A stretch of DNA of 63,987 bases, counting the filler, from Mitosporidium daphniae (taxonomy: Eukaryota): assembly GCF_000760515.2 (NCBI RefSeq). It is 26 parts of 26 records of this genome, joined end to end, with 100 filler letters (N's around TTAATTAATTAA, not from the genome) between each part and the next. Parts side by side here need not be neighbours in the genome. Positions count along the whole stretch, not along the records: positions 45,130 to 47,414 come from NW_013546547.1; positions 47,515 to 49,760 come from NW_013546546.1; positions 49,861 to 52,018 come from NW_013546544.1; positions 52,119 to 54,232 come from NW_013546543.1; positions 54,333 to 56,403 come from NW_013546542.1; positions 56,504 to 58,547 come from NW_013546541.1; 20 more parts are not named here. One strand, written 5' to 3'. Shown piece after piece: positions 45,374 through 58,647 of this stretch. The notes under the pieces are model-generated. The model was not told the origin of the DNA. It made no database searches and saw only the letters and a list, made by a program, of their open reading frames with translations. Each line of letters starts with the position of its first letter. Positions within the stretch are counted from its first letter, which is position 1. The position numbers and the translations under genes were made by a program.

Positions 45374-47514
45374 TTCAATAAAAATTGCAATTTTCAATTG
45401 AGGAAAATTTAAATTTAAATCAAAAGCTGGTCTTTCAAAAGGGGATCCATTGGTAGATTTCATTCAAGTTCGACTATTTCTCAACATAAAACTTCCTCGT
45501 GCAAATAAAACATTTAAAAACTGCTCCTGTCTCTTTATATAAATGTAATTTTTTATACCAAATCTAGAATTTTTTATCTTGGTTTATTGGACTCTCCAAT
45601 AAAGTTGAGAAATAATTATTGCAACCATAAGGGTCATAAAAACAGTCTTTTTGATTTACCTTTTGGAGTGCTTCTTCTATGTGAGCCCCCTTCAAATGGC
45701 TTCTTTTTATAATTATAACTTTAATACTTGATATTCTGAAGTTCTTTGTGTGTCACATATATACCGATCTATAAGTCAGCTTTCCAGTTTTTCATCTTCA
45801 CAGTGATATTTATTACCCACAAAAAGCTTTTGGTGGGAAAAGATCAATACTTCTATATATCATACCCTTTTTGGCAGGATATATTCCTAACTTGAATTTT
45901 ATGCATCAAAAAGAGATCGGAACTTTCTTGGTTTTAGAAATGGTTCTACCAAAGGCGTTTCCAAAGAAGCTCCAAATTTTCCAATTAAAATTGGACTTTT
46001 CATTTGGGGTTAGAGTGGGGTTTATGGTAGGCGACCCCATCTTGAATAAAGAAAACGTCTAGAGGATAAAGAGCATAGGCCAAGATATTTCTCAATGATT
46101 TGGTTTGATATATTCGCAAAAGTCCTACTTGATTAATGCATGCGTCTTCACACGGCCGCACTTTAAAATGCTTTGGAAGGCCAAATTTTGGGGTTAACTT
46201 CAATATCATCTGGTATTCATTGCATGTAACATTCAAAATAATGACCGTGAAATATCGGATAATTTCTGCTTTGGTATAAGACTCAAATTTTTTTCTGGAC
46301 GCTTAAACTTTCTAGAAAACACAATATCGCATTCACCAGGGGTAGAGCTGGTTTTGCAGATGCGCGGTCTCTTTTTTCTGTGAAGAGACCCCATTTTGAA
46401 GATTCATGTTGCCAGATATAATGCTGCTTTGATTTCTTTTTTAAAGCTTTTTTGCGATTTCGATGAAAATACGAGGGCTAGTTTAGAACTTTTAGATATC
46501 TCAGAGCTGCTTCATATATTCGGTCTCTCAAATACGTTTAGGAGTCAGATTTTTTCTTCGCCATCGATGCATCCATTATAGCTACATACAGCTAGTGAAT
46601 ATACGGAAACAAAAGAGATGCAAAAGGCATAACACAGCTAATATCAATCTTAATTTAGAAGGGTATATCTTAATTGGCGAATTTAACCGCAAGCAATAGC
46701 CTTTCAGTAGTTTTTTCGATAAAATTCGTGCAAATTTATTTGACGTAGCCACACCCATTTAATTTAATTTAATTGATTCACTGTAAGAAATTGCCTATCA
46801 AATGCCTGTTTATTTGCAACAAAACATCCAATCAAGGAATGCTTAGAAATTAATTTTTCTCCTAATGCTAAGATCCGCTTTTGTTTTACTCAAAATCAAT
46901 GTTGCTATTGGGCATGGAGAGGATCAAGATTTTCTTGAAAATGCCTCCAATGGATATCGGCCGATATCTAGCGGATCTAAATTTCGTTCCCTCACGAAGT
47001 CTTTGTTAAGGTTATTCAAAAGCGCTTTAAGCGGTATCGCCATTCGTTTTTCGCTTATTAATGTCAATTCAGCTATTCGAAGTAAGCAAACAAACCCCAA
47101 TGTATAAATGGAAACTATCTGGCCAAACTTTATTATGCGTTGCAAATTAAATCGCTTAATTGCGATTGATTGATAGATGCCTCCCGCATATTATTCTGAA
47201 AAGCTAAAATTTTAAGGCAGTACTTATCGATGCCGTAAATAGTGTGTAGTATGAATAAACGAGTAAATTGCAAAGGTATTATGGGCCAACGAGGCCACAA
47301 GTAAGGTTATAGTATAAAAATTTGGATGATTAAAAATCCCAGGCACCAGATACCTGATTAGATGACTCCTCTTATTGATTTTGCGCAAAAAAGATACTCG
47401 GTTATTCATACTACNNNNNNNNNNNNNNNNNNNNNNNNNNNNNNNNNNNNNNNNNNNNTTAATTAATTAANNNNNNNNNNNNNNNNNNNNNNNNNNNNNN
47501 NNNNNNNNNNNNNN

Positions 47515-48287
47515 AGCAAAAAAAGATTACAGAAATTACAGACCTTCAAACAATCAGTGAATCTTTTNCTTTTGAACAGACTGACAAAAAAATTCATCGT
47601 TTTATTGCGTTTTTGTGTCCAATTTTCTTGTTTTCTCTAGGGTTTTTTCTGGTCTCCGAGCCCGAAAACACCAGTACAAACACCGGTGTTTCTTCTCCTG
47701 CAGCGGTGNATAAGACATCAAAGACTATGTCAATAGCCTACTTTTTCATGGAATATGTTGATTTTTTGGCTATTTCTCAACTCTTTACTGNGTGTATTTT
47801 TATATGCCTCAAATTACTTCTGGGGGATATAGCCCTGAAAAACACTACTTTAAAAACATCTGAGGCAGTTTCGATTTTTCTCTTTTCTGTGGATACCCTG
47901 TGCTGCGTTTATAACAAAAAGTACTTTCCTGGAATATTTTGTTTTCCAAAAGAGTTATTTGAATATCATATGCAAGCAGATGAGAGAGGTCTCATTGCTC
48001 GATTTTTTANCGCTGTCTATTTNGTCATTTTACAGATTTCCATTTTCGAGGCTGCTTTTATGATTTTCTTGGATATCATGTCGTCGAAAACTTTTTCTTC
48101 TGAAGCCATTCTTAGTATATTTGCCTTTTTATTCTATAAATATGCTCCTACATTCAAACAGCAAGAGCCACCTCCAAAGAAAAAGGACGCATCGACCCAA
48201 ACAGACTCCTTGCCCGTTATTGGGAACAAAAAAAGAGTACACAAACTTGAGAATGTCGCTAAACAAAAGAAATGTCAAAATCAATGA
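47515..48287 (+). CDS. Hypothetical multi-pass membrane protein, 5' end uncertain
   Basis: About 224 open codons with several hydrophobic helices and a basic tail; contains ambiguous bases. Confidence 0.5.
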
Positions 48288-48444
48288 CCAAAAAATACTG
48301 GTGAGCCATAAAAACAAACAATAAATTGAAAGTTTTTAAGACCATTCGGTAATAATCCCATACAAAGGTTCTGCTTCTTTGGGAGCACTAGCCTAAACTT
48401 ATGCTGGTCACTGCAGATATGGACTACTCAATTGGAGTAACCTT

Positions 48445-48715
48445 AGCCCTTCAATTCGTCAAAATAGCTGTCAAATTTGGCCCGCACACTCAACGATCTT
48501 CAAAAGCTTAGAAACTATCACTCCATAAATGTTGGCCCAAATTCAAATTATTCCCCCACATTTATGCCCTAAAATTTTTTTTAAATTCATCGATGGATTG
48601 ATGAATACCATAAGAATGTGTGTCAAACCCACAATATTATGAGCGTCAAATATGGATGCCCATTGATTTTCAATAGAAAACAGTACCAAAAAATCAGGCT
48701 GCTTGTCAAATCTAG
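48445..48715 (-). repeat. Second copy of the dispersed repeat at 44650-44920
   Basis: Reverse complement aligns with 44650-44920. Confidence 0.8.
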
Positions 48716-49860
48716 TCCTTACGCGACAACAGTTTTTTAGCGATTCCATGACTTGGTTTAAGTTCATCATAATTATATAAATAGGCTGTTTTATTTATTG
48801 TGAGTATGCGTGGCATTAGACGACGCTTAATTGGTAATTCTAGTGAATTTCGTGTGGTGATCGCTTCACTCGCCCCATTGTGAGACTTGGGAATATCTGA
48901 TGGAGCAGGATTTTTGAGTTGAAAGTATGCTTTTTATCCGGCCATTAAACCGAAGAAACATTAGAAAGTTTATTATAAGAGACGGTTATAGGCATGCTAA
49001 TCGCAAAGATGTTATCAGCATCTTGGAAATTAGCCAAATAATAATTTAAAATATAGCTGTTGGGCATACGAGAAATCAGACATTGAAGCGACATTAGCCA
49101 GTTTCATATTTGTGCAAAATGCCAATAATTAATGCTGTGAGTGCTTATACAGGAAGAATCTTCTTGGTATAACCATTCAAGATACCTATACATAGAAAAG
49201 AGATTCTTTCAATTATCCAATGATACTTTTCAGAAAAAGACTTTAGATAAATTGGGATGGTAAAAATAGAAGAAAAAACGGCCCAAGATGACTTTGGTGC
49301 GAGCCAATGCGCACTTTTATCGATAGCTCATGATCTCCCGGTGTCAAAAAGGTCAAATAAACACCAAGGCAGACCATGCAATATCAAATGGAAGCCCGAT
49401 ATGGTTATATGTGTCAGCCATAGCACCCCAAAAATACTTTTGTAATATTTCAAGATCAGAGAAAATATGAGTATTTTCAGTAGCAGCGTAGCGTTCTTGA
49501 AGATTAAAGGAAAAAAGGACACTGAGAGTCATGAGAAATAGAATTTTTGCACGCTTTTTCAAACATAAGCTGGCATTTAGACAGGTTTGCATTCATTGAA
49601 AAATTAACTCCAACAATCGCTGGAATGGCAAATTAAATTAAACGCCGAAAACTAATCATCAGCGCGTCCTACTTGCATTCAGGATGGTTGGAAAGGCAGA
49701 GGGCAAGCCATTCAAACACAAGCACAATTTATTGCGGATTATTTTGCCGGAAATGCCGGANNNNNNNNNNNNNNNNNNNNNNNNNNNNNNNNNNNNNNNN
49801 NNNNTTAATTAATTAANNNNNNNNNNNNNNNNNNNNNNNNNNNNNNNNNNNNNNNNNNNN

Positions 49861-50369
49861 TTTTTTTTTCAAGTCTACAGTGGAAGCATGTTCTGTATCA
49901 AACCGTGCAAAAGCTCATGGAAGAGCAAAAGGACGTTTCAAATGACAAGGGGCTAGACGTCGACAATGATAGCAACACTGACCCAAGAAAGCAGGCCAAT
50001 TCTCTCTTAGAGGATTCTGAATATGTTGAGGCGGTGTTTGAAAAGCTATCGACGCATCTACTGGACTTGTTTTCCTGCTTATTGTGCCAAATTACCGGGG
50101 ATAGGAGGTTCCAGGAAATTATTTCATTGCAAAGAAAATTGTCAAGACTGTATAAGAGGTCTATCAAAAAGGACACTTCATATTTGCACAAGAGAAGGAA
50201 CTCCAAAAAAATGGATCAACTATTGCTACAAATCTCCGAACTGTCACAGCGGGTGGAGACAATCACGGAAAAAGATATTCTTAGATCGTCCAAAGAGGCA
50301 AACTGGCCTTCCTTCATAGTTGAGAAGGCCAGGGGCAGATTTGAGTTGGAAATAGGTGCAGAACACTAG
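49861..50369 (+). CDS. Hypothetical protein C-terminus, 5' truncated
   Basis: More than 150 open codons ending TAG at 50369. Confidence 0.6.
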
Positions 50370-50616
50370 CTGTGTAAGTTTAATTTTTAAATGTTCTTTG
50401 TTTTCCATTGTTACCTTCTCTTTTGCCTGCTGCATGTGTTGCTTCATTTTACCATCTGCAGTTCTGGAAATGTCGTTAAGATAGTTATTTCGCCCAATGA
50501 TATCGAAATGCACAATGATGCCAGCCTTGATGGCCATCGCCAACATACCGCTCCCAATCTGACGGCCGACTTTGCTCGCAGTAATTCAAGTTACACCGGT
50601 CATAATGATGTTTAAT

Positions 50617-51156
50617 TTATTGCCCCAGCCTTAAATAAGAAATAAATCGCTTTGTAGCCAAATGGCATTGGTGGTAGACCGTATCGAAATCAGAAGACGA
50701 TCCATACCAGGGATCCTTGATGATGATGTGATCTTCCTCATTATCGTGAAAATTTTCTTTACAAAAGTTACCGAAAAGAAAGACCTTTTTCATCAAAGCA
50801 TTGACTGTATTTTGATCTGATGAGTTTTTTTCAATAATGGCCCGTACCTTGGCCAAGTTACTAAGGTCCATCACAAGAATGTAGTCGCACAATGTAATAT
50901 CGGCAATGGTAACTGGCCGAGCTCTATGCAGCGATAAGATGCTCGATACGCCAGGCACGATGTTTTCGTTCTTAACAGCAACCTCTATGGAGCGAGAATC
51001 TGCCTTCTGGCCTTTGGTATGGGAATACGTTCCAGCAGAGTAGAACGAGATTTGAGGGGCAGATTCGGGAAAGTTATTCTTCACATATGCCTCCAGCATG
51101 GATGCAGCCAACGGCGATCTGCAGATGTTTCCAAGGCAAAGGACCAAAACATTCAT
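50617..51156 (-). CDS. LTP1: Low-molecular-weight protein tyrosine phosphatase
   Basis: P-loop VLCLGNICRSP, DYILVMD..N, IKDPWYG. Confidence 0.95.
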   Translation of the reverse strand: MNVLVLCLGNICRSPLAASMLEAYVKNNFPESAPQISFYSAGTYSHTKGQKADSRSIEVAVKNENIVPGVSSILSLHRARPVTIADITLCDYILVMDLSNLAKVRAIIEKNSSDQNTVNALMKKVFLFGNFCKENFHDNEEDHIIIKDPWYGSSSDFDTVYHQCHLATKRFISYLRLGQ

Positions 51157-51258
51157 GCTGAAATACAAAATTTCAAATTCAATGCTTCTTGGAAGCAAAT
51201 TTTATTGGCCGTTTAATGCTAAATTATAAACATAATTTTGGGGGGACTCTTTTTTTAC

Positions 51259-52018
51259 ATGCAAAAGGACGCTTCATACACTGCCCCCACAGGGGGACAG
51301 GAGGAGCCTCAGCGGTCAGAGAAAAAGGCGTCGCGAAAATTCCAGTCGATCGTGTCCATTATTCTGTATTGCTTCTCTTCCATTTCAACTACCGTGTTGA
51401 ACAAGTATCTGCTTTCCGATCTCAATTTCGGGCTTAATTGCTTTCTTTTGGTCTCCCAGGTACGCCATATGCTTTTTATTGCAGTGTTTTTTCACAATGT
51501 TCCTTTTGTTGTTTTTAAAAGCGCTTGGTGTGGTCAAGTTTAAGCTTATCAGGCTTCATGAACTAATCCATTGGCTGCCGGTAACCCTTTTACTGTCGGT
51601 CATGGTTTTCACGGGGACCAAAATCTTGGAGCATTGCTCGATTTCTCTTGTCACTGTGTTTAAAAATTCTTCGATCCTGCTGGTGGCGTTTGGCGATTGG
51701 TTATTGTACAGCAAAAGAGTTTCCTTGCTTTCTTTCTTGAGCTTTGTTGCTGTCATTGTGTCTTCTATGATCGGTGTCTATGGAGATCCAAATTGCACAT
51801 TCAAGGGCGTTGGATGGCTAGTATTGAACGTCCTCTCTTCCGCATCTTACTTTCTCTCTCTAAAGGGTGTCGCTAGACGTATTTCTTTTAAAAATCTTGA
51901 TGCCGTTTTTAACAACAATTTGATTATGCTGGCCATTTTTGCTGTGATAAGTCCGTTTGCTGATAATTGGAATGTCGTACTGAGGTAAGCCGGTTGGTTC
52001 GATTCATTTACTTTCAGC
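51259..52018 (+). CDS. VRG4: Golgi GDP-mannose transporter (Vrg4-like), 3' truncated (intron 51460-51484)
   Basis: SIILYCFSSISTTVLNKY, LLVSQ|, WLPV..LL..M..TG.K.L, TVFKN, SFLSF, FNNNL. Confidence 0.88.
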
Positions 52019-53688
52019 NNNNNNNNNNNNNNNNNNNNNNNNNNNNNNNNNNNNNNNNNNNNTTAATTAATTAANNNNNNNNNNNNNNNNNNNNNNNNNN
52101 NNNNNNNNNNNNNNNNNNAATACTGGCGGCAGCACTAATGGAAGCCCGCAGCCCGGGACTTGCATGCTTATTCTTTATATTAAGGCCGTATTCTGAGGAA
52201 TCTCAACCGATTTTTTGAACCTCATCAACAAAGTACTGACACTATCTGCCGGGAATTTTCAATTTTCCAAGAATAAGCGAACCATCTGCAGCAAACTGAT
52301 AAGGCGCTCCATTGCTTTTTTAACGCTTTAAATTCAGCAAAAAATGCGATGGATGCTGCTGTGAGCCGAAATTCTCGCTTGATGGCATCGGCAGCATTTG
52401 AGAAAATCAAAGACCCCCTCAGTGCATTATACTCTTTAGGCATCACAAAGATTTATGTACTTGTAATGGGCTCAGCAGGTTGAAGATAAGCTTCTTTACC
52501 CGATTTAATCGAATGTTGATATAAAACGTGGACTTTTTCGGCCAAAAAACGGCTGTCTGCTATTTATAAGTTTATGAGACTGACAAAAGAAACGTTTTCT
52601 CCAATGCTTAGCCTCTAAGCTTTGCATATTTATAATTATCACGGGAAATAAGATCTGTAGTTTCCGAGAATATCCTCATATCAACGGTGGTTCTGAAATC
52701 ATCAGAAAGGAGCGATATCGACCAAACTTAAGATGATAATGACACCCTTTCTTTTAGATAGCAAGATTGGACCAAGTTCCAAAAACCAGAGCTCCATAGG
52801 TGTCTTTGCGAAAAGTATATCCGGCTGTAATAAAGGCGGCAACGCCGTCATTCAACAGCGAAGGTGCAGGGGATTTCTTGTTTTTTCCGATGCTGATAAG
52901 GGACTTGGATAGAAGTCCAAAGGGATCTTTGCCAATAATCAATCGGAGTGTCAGGGACATTTATTATATCTTTGCATAGGGCAAGAATTTTGGCCCTTTA
53001 CGGCGAAAAATGCTCCACTGAGTGGGAAAATGTAAAACCAATAATAATACTCGCAGGCATAGCATGCATATGATTTGTGCTGCTTTTTCTAGGAATATCT
53101 TTGTCTCCTGAGCAATACACAGGAAATCCCTGCTCCCATCAGAGTATTCTCCTCTCAAATGGAAATATCGTTTTCGCCAATAATATCGTATTTAAACTGA
53201 TAAGCCTTGTCTATTGATGTACACCGGTCACCATATAGCTTATACAACTTCAACTCGAAGCTAGATCTACCCCAGTCGATTTAGATATAATAACCTGGCG
53301 CAAAGATCAATGAAATATGCCCAATTTTCGGAATTTGAAGATAAGCATGTTCTTGAGAGTCATTTCGAGAACATAGCTATTGACCCTTTGTTTCGAGTAC
53401 TCAATCAATCTCGGAAACTCGACCATGTATTCTTTGGGATTTTTGAGATTTTACTTGGCAAAAACTGCGGCTTCTCGTTCAGAAATGGTGAACGATACAG
53501 AAACCAAGGTGCATCGGGTGAGGACCAAACGGCAGCAGTCTATTTATACCTTAACCCAGTTCCACAGCATAAATTTAAGATTTCAATATCAACTGAAATT
53601 ATGGATTTCAAGTATAGTTGGAGCTTAAGCTACATTAAAACCCCAGTATCACTTTGTTCAGGTCAATTATAAATGTAATTTTATGTAT

Positions 53689-54232
53689 TCAGATTAGCAT
53701 CAAAGTAATGGCGCCAAGGCATGCAGCAAAACCGCCCCAGAATCCCATTGAGCCAATAGAAGTGGCAGAGCTTATTGTATCCAGTGTCAAGTTTGGTTCA
53801 TTATCGCTTAATTGAACTAAGCCTGATTCTGATGCCAAGGTTTCATTTCTAACACAAGTTCGGGTTCCATTTACACGACACTTACACTCGTTAAGAGCTC
53901 TAGATTGCAAAAGAGGTAAGCTGGTTTTTTCTGGTCCGCGTAAAGATGAAGGAAAGAGAAAGCTTCGGCCAAATGAAGCGATCCCAAATACAAGCTTATC
54001 AAAGCTTTGTTCAATATTTATATATTCTGCGAACGTTGGAGCAGTAAAAGACGAAAGCATCTTCAATGTTGTTGCCGGTATTAATCTAAGATTGGAGAGA
54101 TTCTCCACCTCATTGGAAGGGGATGCTGGTACCTCATAACCTTGCATACCGAGTAAGGCAAGATCCCCTTTGGCAAACATAACATAGAAGGATAATCCCC
54201 AAATCGACTTGATAAATATTGAACAAAGCTTT
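53689..54232 (-). CDS. C-terminus of a probable GPI-anchored or tail-anchored surface protein, 5' truncated
   Basis: ORF ends ...SSATSIGSMGFWGGFAACLGAITLMLI*, a small-residue site followed by a hydrophobic tail. Confidence 0.55.
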
Positions 54233-54332
54233 NNNNNNNNNNNNNNNNNNNNNNNNNNNNNNNNNNNNNNNNNNNNTTAATTAATTAANNNNNNNNNNNN
54301 NNNNNNNNNNNNNNNNNNNNNNNNNNNNNNNN

Positions 54333-54494
54333 TGTAATTGATAGGGCGCGTGCAGGTGGTAAAGCCTGACAATATGCAAATGCACTCGGTTCCGTCGCAT
54401 CTTTCCTATTGTCTGAAGGCACACCTTTTTGCAAAGAGCACACAGAAAGTAAATTCATTGCAGTCGCAGAGACGATAAGCACATAAATGCGCAT
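54333..54494 (-). CDS. 5' end of a possible secreted protein (MRIYVLIVSATAMNLLSVCS...), truncated
   Basis: Signal-peptide-like start; open to contig edge. Confidence 0.4.
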
Positions 54495-54912
54495 TTGATT
54501 GAAATTCTTTAACTGGCACACTTTAGCGGCGGAATTCATCATGTCGATCGATAATGCAACTTTGAAAATAAAAATACCCCATTTAAGGCCAATCATGAAT
54601 TGGAGTCGCATATGTGCCACCAGACCCCTTTATTACAAAGACGCCGAAGCATAAAGAAGGATCCAGTACCTTATAACCGACCAAATCTAACCCTGTGTTT
54701 GAATGATCTCTTTCACTTTCAAGCATTTTGAGGCCGAGCAATTCTGCGGACAACCAAGGGCAGAAGCGGGAAGACCTGCTGTGTAAACTTCGGAGTTTAA
54801 TTATCCATTTTGGAAACCATTGAATTCAATACTCCGATTTGGCGCAAAATTTCCGGTGCAAAACAGTGCATAAAGTGCTAGCTATTTTTTTTACAAGCCA
54901 TCCATTTCGATA

Positions 54913-55846
54913 ATGATTCGGAAGCTTCTATTTCTCATAGCTTTGATTGCTAGTCTCGTTCTCCCTTCACTGCAACTTGACAAATACTGTGAAACAGAAT
55001 ATAAGATGCAAACTGCACAAGCTCCATCAGATCTGCTACTTCTACCAAATTCAGTAGGGGAAAAAAATTTACTAGCTCAAAAAGCTGTACAGGATGTACC
55101 AAGCAAACAAAATCCACTGGTTCACAAAGCTGTAAAAACTTGGGAAACTCAGGAAACTCGGGAAACTTAACAAAGTTTAACAGTTGAAAAAGCTAGAGAG
55201 CCCCGAATAGATTTAGATGTTGAAAACGTTGGAGAATGTACAAACACGATTATACAAGATTTTCTAGATCAAATAAAGGCTCTAAGTGATCGATGCAAAT
55301 TAGATGTTAAAATGTTCTAGATCAAATAAAGATTCTAGATGAACTAGATCTAAAAAACCCGCAAGATAAACAAACTCTAATGGGGCGAATACCTCTAGCT
55401 ACTAAAAAATCAACATTTCTAGAAGAGCTAACCTTTATAATGACTTTAATAGCTACAGAAAATTCACAAAATCTATTAGTTAGCCACGTTAATGGGATTG
55501 AAAAAGATTTGCTAAATCTAAAAATTCTAACAGATCAAAAAGCTCAAGAAACTCAAGAAGCTCAAGGGATGCTATTAGAAATACTAAGCATACCATACCT
55601 ATTTAATCTAAAAAATCTGATTTTAAAAGACTTTATAGCCGCTCAAAAGAATCTGGTAGACCAAGAAGTTTTAGCAGAGGAACAAGCCCTAAAAATTATA
55701 AAAGTTCTACAAGTTCAAATATCTCAAGAAGATATGCAAACTTTAGAAAATAGAAAAGCTCCAAAAGAAGATCTACCAGCTCAGAAAGCTGAAGAAGCTC
55801 GATTACTTCAAAAAGATCAATCATCTTAAGAAGCAAGAGTTCAATA
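54913..55846 (+). pseudogene. Secreted Q/E/K-rich repetitive protein pseudogene
   Basis: Signal peptide; in-frame TAA at 55168 inside an ETQ repeat, after which the same frame continues; 1-nt frameshift near 55310 into ORF 55380-55829. Confidence 0.65.
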
Positions 55847-56503
55847 AAATTACCCAGGAATAATTCTGACAATTACTCCCTGCGGCTTAGGGTTAGGTTT
55901 TACTATTCTTTATGTTGTAATAACCCGGATTATGAAGGGGAAAGTTGGGCTAAAGGGGTCTAGAGGTTAGCTTTTAGGCGGCTTTTTATCTTATAATTCG
56001 AGCGATCCTGGGTTTGGCTGATCACTAGGCTTTATGTCGGGATAACACTGTGATTATCGGGATCAGACCCTGGTTTTTGCGAAGAGCTATCAATTGATCG
56101 CCAGCCAGCAGCTTATTAAGCATAAATCAAGAGATTTTATTGGGTTTAGTAATTCAATTCAACACGGAAATACACAAGAGGAGCTAATTAGTGGGTGTGT
56201 GCTGTGGAACTAAAACACTAACTACAGGATCGGCTATTGCAATTGTAAATGTGTAAGTTAATTTGACTCGAGTGGATAAATTGGAGTTTTAAGTGAGTTA
56301 AAAGTGTGCAAGAACGAATGAAATTTTCAAAAATACTAGAAAATGGCCGATAGCCGATATTGACTTTTATGAATTTCGTGATCAATGCGTGGGGAGCATA
56401 AGCNNNNNNNNNNNNNNNNNNNNNNNNNNNNNNNNNNNNNNNNNNNNTTAATTAATTAANNNNNNNNNNNNNNNNNNNNNNNNNNNNNNNNNNNNNNNNN
56501 NNN

Positions 56504-57353
56504 AGGAAGGTCAAGTGCGTCGATAAATGGATCCGGATCTATCCCAATCGGATATATTCCAACTCGCGCAATGTGGCCATCGCTGACCCTGACCATTGTT
56601 GGCGATGTTGCAAGCGACAATAGTCGATTGCAACTTGATAGGAAGTGTCTTCCATATTCATACGTGTGAAAGCCAATCAAATCGGCTGCTATGATTCCCT
56701 TCAAAATGCAAGCACCAACAGGCAAGACTCTGTAAATTTACAAAATCAAGAGCTACCTGAACACCTCAGAAGAGGGAAAGGGAATGTGATGGAAAAACCC
56801 AATTTTTACATTTTTGAAGCCGGAAAGGTCCAACTTCATTCGAAGAAGACGAGGAAGAGTCATCAGCTGATAATCATGGATCCAAACCAAGTCATTATCC
56901 CTGCATTCTTTAAGAATTACATCAGCAAAGAGAGAATTTGCCTTCACATATGCCTCCCATGCAGATTCATCAAAGCTCATGTCCACAGGAAGATAATGGA
57001 ACAACGGCCACAAAATGCTGTTTTGATATCATGAACTGCACATCTTACCTGTTTGCAAATGTGTTGTAGAATGGATTTGAAATTTCGTCGGGGAGAAATA
57101 CAGGAATTGCCGAGTATTCGGAAAGCAGAGTTTCGCCAATTTGATCACGGTCTTCTTCTGGGATTTCAAAGCCTAAAAAAATCAAGTCTATGTGCGACAA
57201 ACCTGGCCATCCGATCCAGATGAAGGATGTCATTTTTTTCATGCCAGCAAGACCGGCAACCAGCCCTCCCGAAGACCGCTTGTACGTCCACGCGCCGTTT
57301 TCTCTACTTAATGTCACAGGAAGCCTGTTTGAGACAACAAGCAATCGGTCCAT
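56504..57353 (-). CDS. TPS1: Trehalose-6-phosphate synthase, 3' truncated (introns 57173-57202, 57018-57048, 56730-56756)
   Basis: LLVVSNRLPV, SSGGLV, WIGWPG, LWPLFHY, VWIHDYQLM, GFFHHIPFPSSE, DLIGFHTYEY.RHF, PIGID. Confidence 0.96.
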
Positions 57354-57475
57354 TAGCTATGTAACTAATTTAGATTCACAGAGCCATATAAACGACAATG
57401 AATTTGGCTCATCCAATAAAATTCATAGCCCACTGATCACTTGAAAGGAGAATTGTAATTTTATTTTTAAAATTA

Positions 57476-57817
57476 ATGAACAAGCACCCTAAGCTCCACT
57501 CGCCTACGTACGTTTCTGATGAAGAATTGAGCACGCAAAGTGAACGCAGCTCTTTTGCATCGGACGAAAGCCCTTTTAAATTTGATGACCATGCAACTCT
57601 CAACAGAAGTCTTTTACACTTGACATCATCACATACTTCGCAGTCTGAGGCCACCATCGGTCAAAAGCTGAGAAGAGCAGAGCAAGCGTTGATTGATGCC
57701 CAATGCATGATTATGGAGCAACTATCCAGGCTTCAAGCCGAAGAAATAACGCTGCAAAAATTGATCTTAGCAGCGACCCCCAAAGGGCATTCTTCTGCAG
57801 ATTCCGGTGAGAAATGA
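57476..57817 (+). CDS. Hypothetical 113-aa protein with a C-terminal coiled coil
   Basis: ATG after an AT-rich tract, divergent from TPS1; EQLSRLQAEEITLQKL. Confidence 0.6.
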   Translation: MNKHPKLHSPTYVSDEELSTQSERSSFASDESPFKFDDHATLNRSLLHLTSSHTSQSEATIGQKLRRAEQALIDAQCMIMEQLSRLQAEEITLQKLILAATPKGHSSADSGEK

Positions 57818-57865
57818 CCCTATGTGTGGGCATGGAAAAAGACCCTATGTGTGGGCATGGAAAAA
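57816..57865. repeat. 25-bp tandem duplication (gaccctatgtgtgggcatggaaaaa) x2
   Basis: Direct reading. Confidence 0.9.
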
Positions 57866-58026
57866 TGCCCCTGTCCATAACGAGACATGGTTGAAGCCTT
57901 CCCGACCAACTTGAGCAGCGAAATGCATAACGATGCTATTGGATCTTCCCCTGGTGCGTCAATGTTTAAATTGCACATAAAATAATTTTTAATTTTCAGT
58001 TTTGAAGCTAACGGCGAAATCAAGTT

Positions 58027-58547
58027 ATGACCCTGTATGACGAGTTTTTCGGCGTGCTCTCCGCCATCTCGCCGACGTTTGAACATTCCACAGAGGACAT
58101 ATTATTTATCGAACTTCCTTCGAAATTCCATTCCACAATTCTCGATCTTATTCGATCATCAAAGGACAAGCTTTACATTTCGTCGCTTTATATTGGGTGT
58201 AGCGCCACTAAGGGCGATGACTTGTCCAAACAAATAATCTCGGCATTGAGGGAAAAGCTTGCTACCACTGAAAACGAAAATTTTACTTTAAAGATCCTAG
58301 TTGATGACACGCGTTCTGCACGAGCATTGGATAACTCTACGGTCGTCTTGGAGGCATTGAAGGACGACTTTCCGCATCTTCAAGTAGAGGTGCACCCGAT
58401 TGTTGTGTCTGAATCTTTCTTTTCGAGATCGATGGGCAGGTTCTTTAGAAAATCGGAGGCTATCTCCAGACTCCAGCATATGAAATACATTGTGTCCGAT
58501 GACAACGTTTTGCTAACCGGAGCTAACCTTTCGGAAGAATATTTCAC
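58027..58547 (+). CDS. PGS1: Phosphatidylglycerophosphate synthase (PLD superfamily), 3' truncated
   Basis: PSKFHSTILDLI, LYISSLYIG, ILVD.TR, LQHMKY...DDNVLLTGANLSEEYF. Confidence 0.92.
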
Positions 58548-58647
58548 NNNNNNNNNNNNNNNNNNNNNNNNNNNNNNNNNNNNNNNNNNNNTTAATTAAT
58601 TAANNNNNNNNNNNNNNNNNNNNNNNNNNNNNNNNNNNNNNNNNNNN

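Noticed and set aside
45420..47414. Protein-coding genes in this region and in 52119-53300
   Set aside because: Only short broken frames with no recognisable motifs; may be decayed genes but cannot be supported.
54913..55846. Alternative genetic code (TAA = Gln)
   Set aside because: MRPS9, RPL24, CKS1, NIP7 and VID27 all end at TAA at the expected positions.
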